This document shows positions 21,688-33,695 of a stretch of 64,000 nucleotides of DNA, piece by piece; within the stretch, counting starts at the first letter, position 1, and every line of letters starts with the position of its first letter. The DNA is from Mytilus edulis (lineage: Eukaryota). Both the position numbers and the translations under genes were made by a program. The stretch lies in contig NC_092355.1 in assembly GCF_963676685.1 (NCBI RefSeq), positions 73,470,001 through 73,534,000 of the forward strand, written 5' to 3'. Below the pieces are notes generated by a model that worked only from the letters and a program-made list of their open reading frames with translations, made no database searches and was not told the DNA's origin.

Positions 21688-24600
21688 TCACTTATTTACA
21701 CTACAATAGCCAAATGGTAAAGTTGTCAAGTCGTTTAATAACCGTCTCTTCGTGTATACCATTCTGTAATCTTTCTCTTCGACCCTGTTATACAATTTCC
21801 TTTTAAGGGCTAGTCTTGAAATTTTGCGTGGATTCCTCGTTTTGATATACTCGATATTTTTATTCACTACAACATCGCAAATAGAAGAAAAATTAATTAG
21901 ATCTGAATTGGTTTTATTGTTTAAGGAAAAGCCTCTAACTTTACAGGTTTCTCTTCCAGAGGCCATCTTATAGGCGTAATTCTTAGGACCTCCAGACACA
22001 AAATGTGTAATATGTCCATCTTCTGGTGAAACTTCGTTTGTCAATTGACCCAAGTAATTCCCTATGGGTAGTGTTTTTGTTAAGTTTTTATCTTTATCCC
22101 GAAAGATAATCGAGTCCGTATCCACGTACAAAGCGTCGGTACCAGTACGTTCCAGTAATTCGTACAGTTTGGTCCTTGCCCAACAAGTAGTAAATGAAGC
22201 TATGAAAATGTTAGTTTTGACGTCCATAGGAATAAAAAACGGATGATCCGTATGTTCCATTTGTACCAAATCTTTACTAATGATGTGAAAATCTATAACC
22301 TCTTTTCTAGGATCAGACAGTAACTGAAAAAAATTCTCTGCCTCGTTCTCGTGGAAAAATGTAGTTTGTTTCATATTTAGACGTTGACCAAATTTACCCC
22401 AAAAACTGTTTAAAGCAATTTTTGCCAAGCTACGAAGTCCTGGATTTTTTTTAATTTGATTATAGTCCAAATGTATTCCTTCATTTTTAGCGTAGTCTGC
22501 TATGTAATCCCGTTTCTGTTGTTCCGTTCTGCACTCTTCTGGAAACCCCGATGCTTCTTGTTTTAATTTCAAAAAGAGGTTGACATATGCATCGAAAAGT
22601 CCTCCTTTGCCCGTTCGAGGATTGTACGTTCGATGTTCTGGAAAGTGATATACTTCGTATATCTTTTGAATTGCATATCCTTTCGAACGTGCCAGATTCA
22701 GCTCTGGAGTACACCAAGTTCCGACAATAGCTCTTTCTTCATCTGTACAGGTACAGTCATTTTGGTTTTCGTTATCTGCACATTGTTTACAGAGTGGAAA
22801 CTTCAATTTTCCATTAGAAACGTACGGTAGAACAGGATGAAACAGATGCCTGTTAGGCAAGACTTTGACCTTCGCGACTCCGAAATAATTGGAAATATCT
22901 TCGAAATCCGATGTTATGATGACGGGATGACCAACTGGATATTTTCCATATTTGTTGACACTGGGATACAGACTACAAAATAAAAAAAAATGATATAACA
23001 AGGGATGAAATCATTTGAATAATTATATCATAATCCAGATTCTAAGAATTGAGATTACCTCGTAAAGTCGAAATACTCAATGGTCTCTCCTGGTTCTGTA
23101 CATTCGTGATAGAGCGTAATTGGATTGGTCCTACCGCCAAAAAAACTTTGTCTAACGTCTAAACGATCTTCGATCTCACACGTTGATACGTAGTCTCTCA
23201 TAGGGTCGTCTAAATCCAGCTGGTGGTGAAATTCGTGCTCCCAAATGCAGACATACTTGTACCCCAGACGTATCAGTTCTCTCTCTTTCTTTCTGGTTAG
23301 GTAGTACAATTCATTCATAGAATGTTTTGTCATTGGATGTGTTGTCTTTGTTCTATCGTGTGGGTAGCAGGAAGGACATCCATGGAAAACACAACCTTAA
23401 AATATATAATAATATATATATATATATATATATAATATATAATGTATATACATATATATATATGTGTGTATATATAATATATAAATTTTATAAACATATT
23501 AATATTGCCGCCGCCGCCGCCACCACCGTTTCGTCTCATACATTTACCACTCACCTAAGAATTCGTAAGCTGTCTTTTTTGGGAACTCCACGTAACCGTC
23601 TAGTCTGTAGTTCGTTCCAGGTACTTTGTATTCACCTCTACCGTTCAAGGCGTGTTGTATGTGGAGTCGTTTTCCCTTACGTCTGCTGGTTTCCATGATC
23701 CATTCCAACCACTGAATGGAAACTTTGCTAAAATTATCCCTTGCAACATAACCTTCTGACGGGACGACAGCAATCGGACTTTTGACAAATGTCGTTTTCT
23801 CTACTTTGTATGTATCCGAAGAATGTAAAGCTTTTTCGGTTACCCATTCACCACGGGGCAAACGTACAAGAAATTCACCACTTTCCTGTTTCGATGGACA
23901 CTTCAGAGTCTCGTTATTCGACAAATTTGTCAAAACAGTTTCATATTCTTCTTCCAGAAACAATTGTCTGTAGATCGCCTGACAGGCAGAGGCAATCGTG
24001 ACGTAATCGTATGGATCTATGCCTTCGGTAAGTTTTTCGTTGCTAACCGAAGTAACTTCCATCATGATTTTTCGAAACTGCATGCATCCACGTCTTAAAA
24101 TGTCTACGTCCGATACACAGTACTTGTACATCTCTGACTGAAAATCAAATGTTTTGCTCTTGTTGCTATTGTACCATTTCCAAAATGTGTTGGCTTCTTC
24201 TTCGCCCATGTATTCGATTCCGTAATAGTATGCCTCTGGTTGTGGCCCTTTATAAGACTGGTTTTCTTTCGTGTTGAACAGATGTGGAAAGTAACCTTTT
24301 TGTAATTCCTGTAAACCGAAACACTTGGGAATTTTCGACAATTTCATTCCTATGAAATTGATCGAATCCAGGAAGGTCAGGTCTAAATTCTTTGACACAT
24401 GCATATATACTATCTTCGAACCGTTAAAAATAATTTTATTGGGTTTTACGCTGTGGTGTTCTATCAGGGCATTCAATACGGGGTAGTTGTCAAAACCTTT
24501 CGCATTGTGTGCTATGAGTACCGTGTTTTTGTAATGCGGCGTCATAATCTGGGAACAAAATTCGTATGGAACGTCTTCGCCTTTAAACACCCTTTGTCTG

Positions 24601-26991
24601 TAACCGCAACTGCTTTCGCATGGAAGTGTCGTAGTATTCTTTTTGAAAATTCTACACTTATCACAGCGACTTCCACAAGTGTTACATTTTGAATCCGCGG
24701 TTAATTCTACATTTTCACAAATGACGCATGTGGACTGTAAAACCGCATAATTCACCTTGTGTTCCGCTAATCCGCACCATGACTGGTTACAGTTTTCACA
24801 AATTTTACACGTCTTACATCTTTCATCTGCTGAACATTTTTGTAGACAGGGTCGTCTAGGTACATGACCGTCCTTGCATTGATTATTATAACTGCATGTA
24901 ATCCGATGACAATGGGTACACTCTTTACATTTCCTACATCTATCTCTGTCCGTGCATGATTTCCCACACGGAACGTTAGGTGCATACCCTTCTTCGCACG
25001 ACATCTTTTCGTTTTGGGTTGTTTCGAAATCGTAAAAAAAGTATTTTCTCGGTTCTTTCTTCGTCGTATCTTTTAATGTCTTACGTTGATAACACCAATG
25101 TGTACCTATGTGATATTCGAAACAGTTTTTACATCGCCACTCACCGCATGTATGTTGTTCAGGTGAGCGTTTCTGTCGACACAGAATCTTACGACAGTTT
25201 TTACACTGGTAAAATCTTTCGCACATCGTTTTGCTATTTTCATTGTCCCTTTTAGACGTTTTGGTATTGTGTCTGTCATAACAGTCCTGGCTGCGACATG
25301 TTTGATTGCATTGAGAGCAAAGAACAGTATGATTACTAACGCGACACAAATTGCTACCACATACGGCACATGTGTCAACGCAAGAGTGTTTTCCTTTATT
25401 TTTGTAAGGTTTTAAGCAAGATTCGCAAAAATACCCATAGCCAAAAAAACCATTTATACTTCCTATACCTTGAAAATGGCCCGTTCCATCGGTATTTTCT
25501 ATCAGATACAAGTAAATATTTTTACGCTGTGCTTTGGTACTGACTCGACAAAACTTGTTGCCCAATCTGGCAGAAAGTACCAAAATATTAACGTCCAATA
25601 CATTTTCAAATTGTTCGATATCTCTTATACTTAAAGCTTCGTCTGTTGAAAGATTGGCTTCTTTGCATAATGTTATAGCCATTGTTTTACTGTAACTTGT
25701 ATTCTTTAGAGCAGATGCACTCACGTGTTTGAAATAACTTTTAGTCGTCATTCCGTGTTTTATGACTTTTTGAAAAGTGTTCATGTCTTCGTCGTTTTTT
25801 GTTGTTTCCCTCCATTTTTCTAATGGTACAATTTTACAGAGTTTTAAAAAACATCTACCAATAGCCGTTGCCAGACACATTTTATCTTCATTGCATACCT
25901 GTAAAATCGATTTTTTCAAAGCCAGGGAATTCGATGTCCCTTTCAGGCGAATTATTGGCAATCTCCCACTACCTCTAGGTACTGTTATATTTCCTATCGT
26001 GACATGCATTGACGTATCTAAAGGTAGGTTTTCCTCTGAATTCAGCACATTCTCGACAGCTTCCATTACTCTTTGTGAGTTTATGTTTGACCATTTATCT
26101 AAGGGTACAACGATGGAATTATTTAGTTCGGGATGAGAGATGATAACTCGTCCTAAATCGTTGTCATTGCCTTTGGCTTTGTTTAAAACATCATCAAACA
26201 TGTTTTCCAATTCCTTTTTAAGATTACGTAGTTTTTTACCCTTCCACGTATCATTAAATTTTACTTTATACGTGGTCTCTTTTGCCAGATTTTTAGAGAA
26301 TGTTTTTTTGTCCGGATCTTCGAAATAAATAGGGGTTTTCTTCGGGTTCTGCGCCGTAACCCTCTTCTTCCGAGTCATTCATGTTCAGTGTGATATGTTG
26401 GTCAGTACCAACAAGCACATTTTCTATGTCTGACCCATTAGTATTGGGGCAACTGGTGGAGTTAAAAGGTAATAAATTTGCGAGGATGGAGTCTCCCAAA
26501 TCATCCGATGGACAGTGTAGAGGTGTAACCAGTTCGCTTTCCAACGTCGGGGTATATTGGTTAGAAAAGCTTGTGGAGGGTACGTCTGATATATCGCTGG
26601 AATAGTCAACGGTAGTATTATTGGCTATATTTACAGTTGTGTTTTGACCTGTGGTCATGTCACCCAAAATTTCATGGATTTCCAAATGGTCTCTCAACTC
26701 CGTTGATAAATAAAATCTCTTTTTACACCATGTACACGTAAGTAAAATTACGAGCTTGTCTAATACTTGAGAGTTGTTTAAGAGACAGTTATCTGTGGCC
26801 CAACTTATCAAACTGTTGGCGTCAGTGAAACTGTTTAGAACATCTGTCCAATTGATTGACTGAAAATGATTTATTCTGTTTTGTACCAAGATATGATTCA
26901 TTAGACCATTGTCTGCGGCCCATTCTTGTAACTCATTTAAAGATGTGAAGTTGTTGATGATATTGTTCAAGGTTGGTGGTTTGTGTTTCAT
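21688..26991 (-). CDS. Protein-primed family B DNA polymerase; 3 exons (26991-23555, 23395-23059, 22972-21688); one +1 frameshift in an A7 run at 26303-26309; about 1685 aa if corrected
   Basis: ExoI FFYDFET; ExoII AHNAKGFD; ExoIII YCVSDVDIL; Vsr-like domain RLDGY...YEFLGCVFHGC...WEHE; motif A YFDFTSLYP (formed by splicing); motif B KIALNSFWGKFG; motif C YVDTDS; GPKNY. N-terminal C2H2 finger CTWC...HLEIH. Confidence 0.93.
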
Positions 26992-27092
26992 GGTTTCAAC
27001 TAAAAAAAAAAAAAAAAGTAGAACTTGTTCCTAGTGAATTCATTTTTTTTTTTTAAATTTCATTTCGACAAATGTTGTTTTTTTTTTTAAAT

Positions 27093-27342
27093 AAAACAGA
27101 TTTTAAAAAACAATTATTAAAACAAAGATTGCTCCCATGAAGACTGGTAGTACAAGCTAATGTGAATAAATTATTTCGCCTTTTTTTTTAGTTATTTTTT
27201 TTTTCTTCGACTACAAAACAGATTTTAAAAACAATTATTAAAACATAAAGATTGCTTCCATGAAGACTGATAGTACAAGCTAATGTAAATAAATTATTTC
27301 GCTTTTTTTTTTTTACAGTTATTGTTTTTTTCTTTGACTATA
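27093..27342. repeat. Two-copy ~120-bp tandem duplication upstream of pPolB
   Basis: aaacagattttaaaaa...catgaagactg.tagtacaagctaatgt.aataaattatttcgc...gacta occurs twice. Confidence 0.85.
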
Positions 27343-29112
27343 CTATCTTAATATAATTATGGGTCCTACCTTATGTATCATCTCCCATACCTCCAGTGAA
27401 TCTTTCATGTTCTTTTCACTTCTTATAGTGTCAAACCCCCCATATTATGCAATTTTAAAAGTAGGTTAATGGTTTGATTGTACTTTGTGTTATGTAAAAT
27501 TTAAGGTTCAGGTTTATTAGATCCCATTAAGATACTATGTTCATCTTTTCTTTGTATGGTTCATTAATTTCCTTTTAGTGGGTAACCTAGATACAAACAT
27601 CAGATTAAAGGATGGTTCTTCTCCATTTCATAAATAACTCAAGACATTAAAAACAACATATTTAATAAAAAGTAATCATAAAATATACATTCATCATATA
27701 AAACATTTCAAGTAACAAAAACCCTATAAGTAACAACCTTTTTTTTTCTTCTCATACAGTGAACAACATTAATTGAACACTAGTTTAGCACCATTTTCAT
27801 AATTAAAACTTTGGGACTAGAAAAATGTCTTTGGTCCATAAAACAATAGTCTTCTAAATAAGACAAGTCATAAAAGCATCAAAAAGTTACATCAAGTATC
27901 AAAAAGGAAAATCTTTTACAAAAAGATATGAGACAGTTTAATCACTTCATATTACATATCAACAGTAAGAATAAAAAACTAATATAAAAACAAAACACAG
28001 AAAAATATAATATATATATCAGCTCAAAACCTTTTATATACATAGTGGAATGATATAGTTATAAACTTATGAACACTGTTTCACTAAATGATGTGTACAC
28101 AAGGAAGACAAAATTACTTCAGACATCTTACTTTAACAAAAAATAAAATTCTTCAAGACCAAACTCAAACAATGTATATTAATGAGAAACTTAACAGCTT
28201 TCAGAAAATTTGAGCAATATCACATGATATATAACAACAATCATAACATTGGGACATTATGTACCTGAAAAGAAAACCATACCAACTGTTAGATTTTAAA
28301 AATGGAACACCACAACATTCCTGAGTATTTGAGCAAAAAAAAAATTAACATAATATATCTATTTACACTTTTTTACACACTTGTAAAAAAAAAAAACTTT
28401 TAATTTAGTTTAACCCAGTATGTTTTAATTTAATTGGACCAAATACTGGTGTAATCACCAAACAGATTTTTCAAACAGAACACTTTCTTTTGTAGCACTA
28501 TTTAAAAAACAAAACAATTTAGAAACATACTTAGCACCAATTTATAACTGCAAACAATAACAAAAAAAAAAAAAGTACAACATATCTTTTTTTTATTTTT
28601 CTTGATACAAAAGAGGTAAAAACATGTTTTAAATTTCTCATTGTGTTATCTCAGAAATTTTTCAAATATAGTTTAGTTATCAATATACAAAAGATAATTT
28701 ATACAAAGACTATATTGATTGATGAGACACTTAAAATATGGGACTTGGCATTGTATAATGAACAACAAAACTTAAAAACAATCCTGAGTATTTCACTGTG
28801 CATGCATATAAAAATTGAAAATCTATTTACATTGTTTTGAAGTCACCAAATACTTTAAACCTATATTATTTATTTATCCCCAAATTTATAGTCTAATATT
28901 TTCACACTGGTTTGAAAAAGTTAAAAATGAATGAAATTTAAAATTTGTTTCCCCCAAAATGTAATGCTTTTCACTAAACTATGGTCAAAAGTTATTTAAT
29001 TTTGTTTTAATTTAAATCTTGCATTTAGTATTTTTGAATAAAAATTTACTCTAAAAAAAAAATAATCCAAATATTATCAAAAAATAAAACTAATTTCATT
29101 CACATATAAGAT

Positions 29113-31767
29113 TCACATATAAGTCTCTTCTGTTAAGGGGGTCTTTATACGGTGACTTCTGGTTCGTCTGGCTATGGGGGGTGTTGGATCTTCCATTGGA
29201 GGTGCAGATGGTTCTGGCGATGATTCCCTATTGAAACTTTCAGTGTCTGATGAGGAGGAGTACGTACGGAGGGTAAAAATAGGTGTGATGTCTTCAATTG
29301 ATCTCAATCTAGGTACTGTTGGTCTTTGGGGGGTGGATATTTCTGGAACGGGAATGATGGTGGGTAATTCGAATGATGGAGTTATATCTAAAGTGGGTAT
29401 CTGAGTGGTTAGTGTCGAATCCTGTTGTGATCTGTTAATTGGTAAATAAGGCAGTTTCTGGTGTCTCATTCGGTAAAGCATCTTGCCTACGACCAGGGAA
29501 ACGTATGCAACAAATAGTCCCGACACTGTCCAAAATACTGCAAAATAAAAAACACATTTATATTCATTGTATAACCTTACCACAATAAATTGATATTTTT
29601 ACTTGCCATGACAGAATGTAATGTTATTTTTTTTTTTTTCCATTGTTTTTTTTTTTCATGTAGAATTAAACATATACTGTTTAGTTGATCAAATACCAAT
29701 TCTCCTCATTTTGTGCAAAAGTACAACTATAATGCCAAACCATCATTCACATTTATGTATTAAACCCTTAATTAACATTTGAAAAAATATTATTTTCTAT
29801 TAGGGTTAAACAAAACTACAGAACTTACATATCCAGTGTTATACATCTATAGCTAAAGAACTGCCATAACCTGTGATAATTTACCAGATCATTTGTATTG
29901 CCATGATCTTGACTTGATACAGACATTTTAATTGAAATGGTTATTCAAACAATAAAAGATTGTTATGTACCTGTCATAAATACATCCATTTTCTGTAAAT
30001 AATGTCCCAGGTCTTTCTTCTGTTCTAAAAAAAAAAGAAAGTAAAACACATTTAAATAACTTAAAAAAGTCATATCTCAAATTATTTTCATTAGTCATGA
30101 ACAACACTAAAAGTCTTACTAAATGTATGTGCATCCTATAACCTACATTGTTAACAATATAAAACAGAAACTTGTACTGTTAAAATGCTTTATTTTTGAA
30201 AGATCTTATAATTTTATATTTTAGATAAACAATCATTTTCTATTTTTACATATCACCTTTTTTGTATCATTACCTGAATGTGGTTCTTTGTTGTCTGTGG
30301 TCACCCTAACTGTTGTGGTAGGCCATGCTTCTTTGAGATCACTGGTTGTTGAATCCCTAGTGGTGGGCCATGCTTCTGTGTGGTCTGTTGTTGTTGTTAC
30401 ATTTCTAGGCTTGGGGGGTGTTTTTTCCTTCCTTGTCACTTCTAATATGTTGTCAGGTACTGAAAAAAACAAACATTTTTAACACAAATATATCTTTATA
30501 AAAATATACAAAAGGTTGTCTTACCAATTGTCTGTTAGAAAAAAAATTATTTTTTTTACAATAGAATTAAGTCAAAAATAAGTTCTGTCCAGTAAAACAC
30601 CTTTAAAATCATTGTATGGGGGGCCATTTTTGGATTTTAATTCATTTAAAGTATTATAAAAGATTTGACACTTTGGGAATATATATATAAATTTTATAAA
30701 CTTTTTAATATATAATTTATGTATATAATATATAAGGTGGTTAATTTTCTCATTTGATTTGTTTTACATTGTCATTTCAGGGTCTTTTATAGCTGACTAT
30801 GTTGTATGAGCTTTGCTCATGGTTGAAGGTTGTATGGTGACCTGTAATTGTTAGTTTCTGTGTCATTTTGGTCATTTATGGAAAGTTGTCTCCTTGACAA
30901 TCATACCACATCTTCTGTGTTACATTACAAAAGTTATTATCCCTTGAGTAAGGAGACAGTCTTGCAGGTAATTCATTATTTGATCAAGTGACTTACTACT
31001 GGCCAGTGCAATAAATTTGTTATTACATAGTACTGTCAAAGCAGATATTTTCATGTGAACTTTATATTTTGTTATTTTCTTTGGTGGCACATATTGGACA
31101 TAATCGTATAATGCATTGTCTGTCTTTAAACTTGTGGTTCAAAAATAAATAATATATTCTCCCATGAGACTTTTGAAAATAAACACAGTTTTCATTATTT
31201 TGTTAACCACAACATAATGTCCATTTTCCCACCAAAAGTACAGCTGCTAAATTTATGAAATACATGTTATAATCAATCAAGGGGTTTTTGAGGTGTAAAT
31301 AAGCTACAATAGGTTTGATTAAGATCTGTATTTAACTTATGCTGTGCTTAAACCATCAGGAATGGTCTTAGGTGGATTTTCTTTAAAACTTTGAAATTGA
31401 ACATTTACATATCTTTTGGTAGGTTGATGTGTAATATTTTCTTGGACAAAGTTTAATCACAGACAGTATTATTTTTTTTTACTTCATATAAGAAACTGTG
31501 TTAATGTAAAAACCTACCACATGTCTCATTTGTGCATGTCCAGCTACACTCTCTGTCAAACATGTTTGTTACAGTAGGGGGCTCATTGAAGTCTACCAGA
31601 TGTATAATACAGTCACAACTTTCTGACATCACTTCTACAATCCTCACTTCCCTGACATAAACTTCCTTATTGCAAAAGCAAACGGCCGAAGCTGTGTCAT
31701 ACTGACATTGACCATTTATAGTTGTAATAAAGATGAATAGAACTGATACAATTTGAAACCACGCCAT
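29113..31767 (-). CDS. Four-exon type I membrane glycoprotein, 304 aa (exons 31767-31518, 30459-30274, 30024-29971, 29537-29113)
   Basis: All three introns are GT-AG and phase 1, joining into one open frame: signal peptide MAWFQIVSVLFIFITTING, Cys-rich ectodomain, Thr/Pro-rich stalk with an EAWPTT repeat, TM VFMTVFWTVSGLFVAYVSLVVG then KMLYRMRHQK, and a Pro/Ser-rich tail with PSAPP. Confidence 0.75.
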
Positions 31768-33097
31768 TTTTGTTTTGAAGAGAACGGAAAAGAGGTCGGG
31801 GGTGAATGTAGACTGGGATCCCGCTATATATAATCACCTTGTTCTATAAATAGACAGGTGGAGACCAGCGCCATTTTAGTACTTTTTAGTACTATTTAAT
31901 GCGCAACCAGTCGCGCAGGAGATTCCGGATGTTTCATGGGAATTTCCTAACTAGAATACAGCTGTCAGAATGGAAGAACGTCTGCTACAATGAAGATCGA
32001 CAATGTAACCCATAAGCTCATTTAAATGGTATCGTCAACAAATAATTGAATATATATAACATGTAAAAATATTTATTATAGATATCAGTACTATAAAAAA
32101 AAAGTTCTACCCCAAAAAATGAGGATTTAGATATATTTTATTTTTATTTTTGGGCAGTTGCTATTTTTACAAAAGTGCCAAGATATATATAACAAAAAAT
32201 AAACAGTCACAAAAAACATTTTCAAATCAATTTATAAAAGATGACATACATGTAGACTCCTTTGTAGAAAGCAGTATATTAATATCATATACATGTATAA
32301 ATTATACATATATGTAAGTTGTTTTCATCTCTAACAAACTAAACAAGTGATTATTGGACATTTTTTTCTCATCTTAAACATATAAAATACTGTCTTCTTT
32401 AAGATTTCATCATTTTCCCAGCTAGCTACTTTTTCAATTTCATAACTTTTTCTTCATTAAGGTAAACAAAATTTTGACCTGTGTTTCCCAGTATTTTGAT
32501 TAAAGAAATGATGAAACTTTCTCCATACAAATAAAGCAAAAATTTATTTGTACACCTGTTATTTGTACAATAAAAGGCTAATTACAGGATAAAATGTCAT
32601 ATTTTGATTGGCTAATACGTTCATTTACTCTAATGCAGCAGATTTTTAATTATTCTTAACCATCAATCATGAATGAATATTTAATAGACTGCAGTCTTAA
32701 TCAATTTTTAAACAATGGAAAATAAATACTTGTTATTAATATAATTACATTAGATATATGTTTCATTATAATACATTATTCTGATTGACAAACTACACAT
32801 CACATGTTATTCTTTAAGCAATTGCATTACACAGTTAAACTTCTTTTTGTAACTTCATATGGTTGTAAAAGTGTTGACAGTGCACACTTTTTAGAATGAA
32901 GCACTTTCGCACTTCATACAAAATGAACTTTGTTCAATGCTTTTACACCCAATGAATTTTCACAAAGAATCATTCAATTCTTGAATAGTTGTATAAGGAA
33001 CTTATTTCATTTTAAATGCTTAATTGTAATAAAATCAATGATATTTTTTTTTACAGATGGAAAGCTGACATCAAGCAGCAAATTGAACAACTATACG

Positions 33098-33240
33098 GAC
33101 AAGATGGAACACTATTAAGTTAATAAGTACTAGAAAGACAAGATGGAACATTATTAAGTTAATAAATACTAGAGAGACAAGATGGGACATTATTAAGTTA
33201 ATACAGACAAGATGGATAACTATTAATTTAATAAGTACTA
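33098..33240 (+). repeat. Minisatellite, about 4 copies of a unit up to ~39 bp
   Basis: gacaagatggaacactattaagttaataagtactaga with variants. Confidence 0.85.
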
Positions 33241-33695
33241 CATATATTAAAATAAGTAAAAATAGTAGTGGTAACAAATTTAGTCATTGAAGGTGATTTC
33301 TGGATATTATAGTCTTCAAAAAAAGAAGATATGGTATGATTGAAAATGAAAAAAATATCACCCAAAGACATTGGAACCATCGTAATCATCAGCAAATTAT
33401 ACTGGAAAATAAATACACACTTCGTGTACCATTATATACCTAAAGCTCTTAAGCTTTGCTGGTTCCAATTTAGAATTATTCAGAGAATTTTAGGACATAA
33501 TTCACTACTTAACCATGTTTACAAGATGAAAAAAAAATGGTTATGAGTATCATATGGTTTTTGGCACAGTGGAAGAAAAACAATTTACCAAACAAAGTCA
33601 CATAAAGTATTACCAAAAAAAAGGGAACACAAACTTACAGAAATACATTTCATTTAAAAACCTCTCTGTAATGAAATATGATAAATCTCAAAGAC

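Noticed and set aside
21688-23333. pPolB as a fragmented pseudogene (separate ORFs of 437, 92 and 944 aa)
   Set aside because: The gaps have canonical splice sites whose removal exactly restores conserved motifs.
26300-26312. A-AAA-AAC slippery heptamer at the junction of the 232-aa ORF and the pPolB ORF, suggesting programmed -1 frameshifting
   Set aside because: Joining the two ORFs needs a +1 shift, not -1. A single extra A in the homopolymer explains it more simply.
22064-26609. Numerous antisense and alternate-frame ORFs overlapping pPolB
   Set aside because: Shadow ORFs of a long coding sequence with no independent motifs.
33098-33240. CRISPR-like repeat array (also considered for 5900-6120 and 58427-58570)
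   Set aside because: No unique spacers of regular length, no cas genes, eukaryotic context; these are minisatellite or subterminal repeats.
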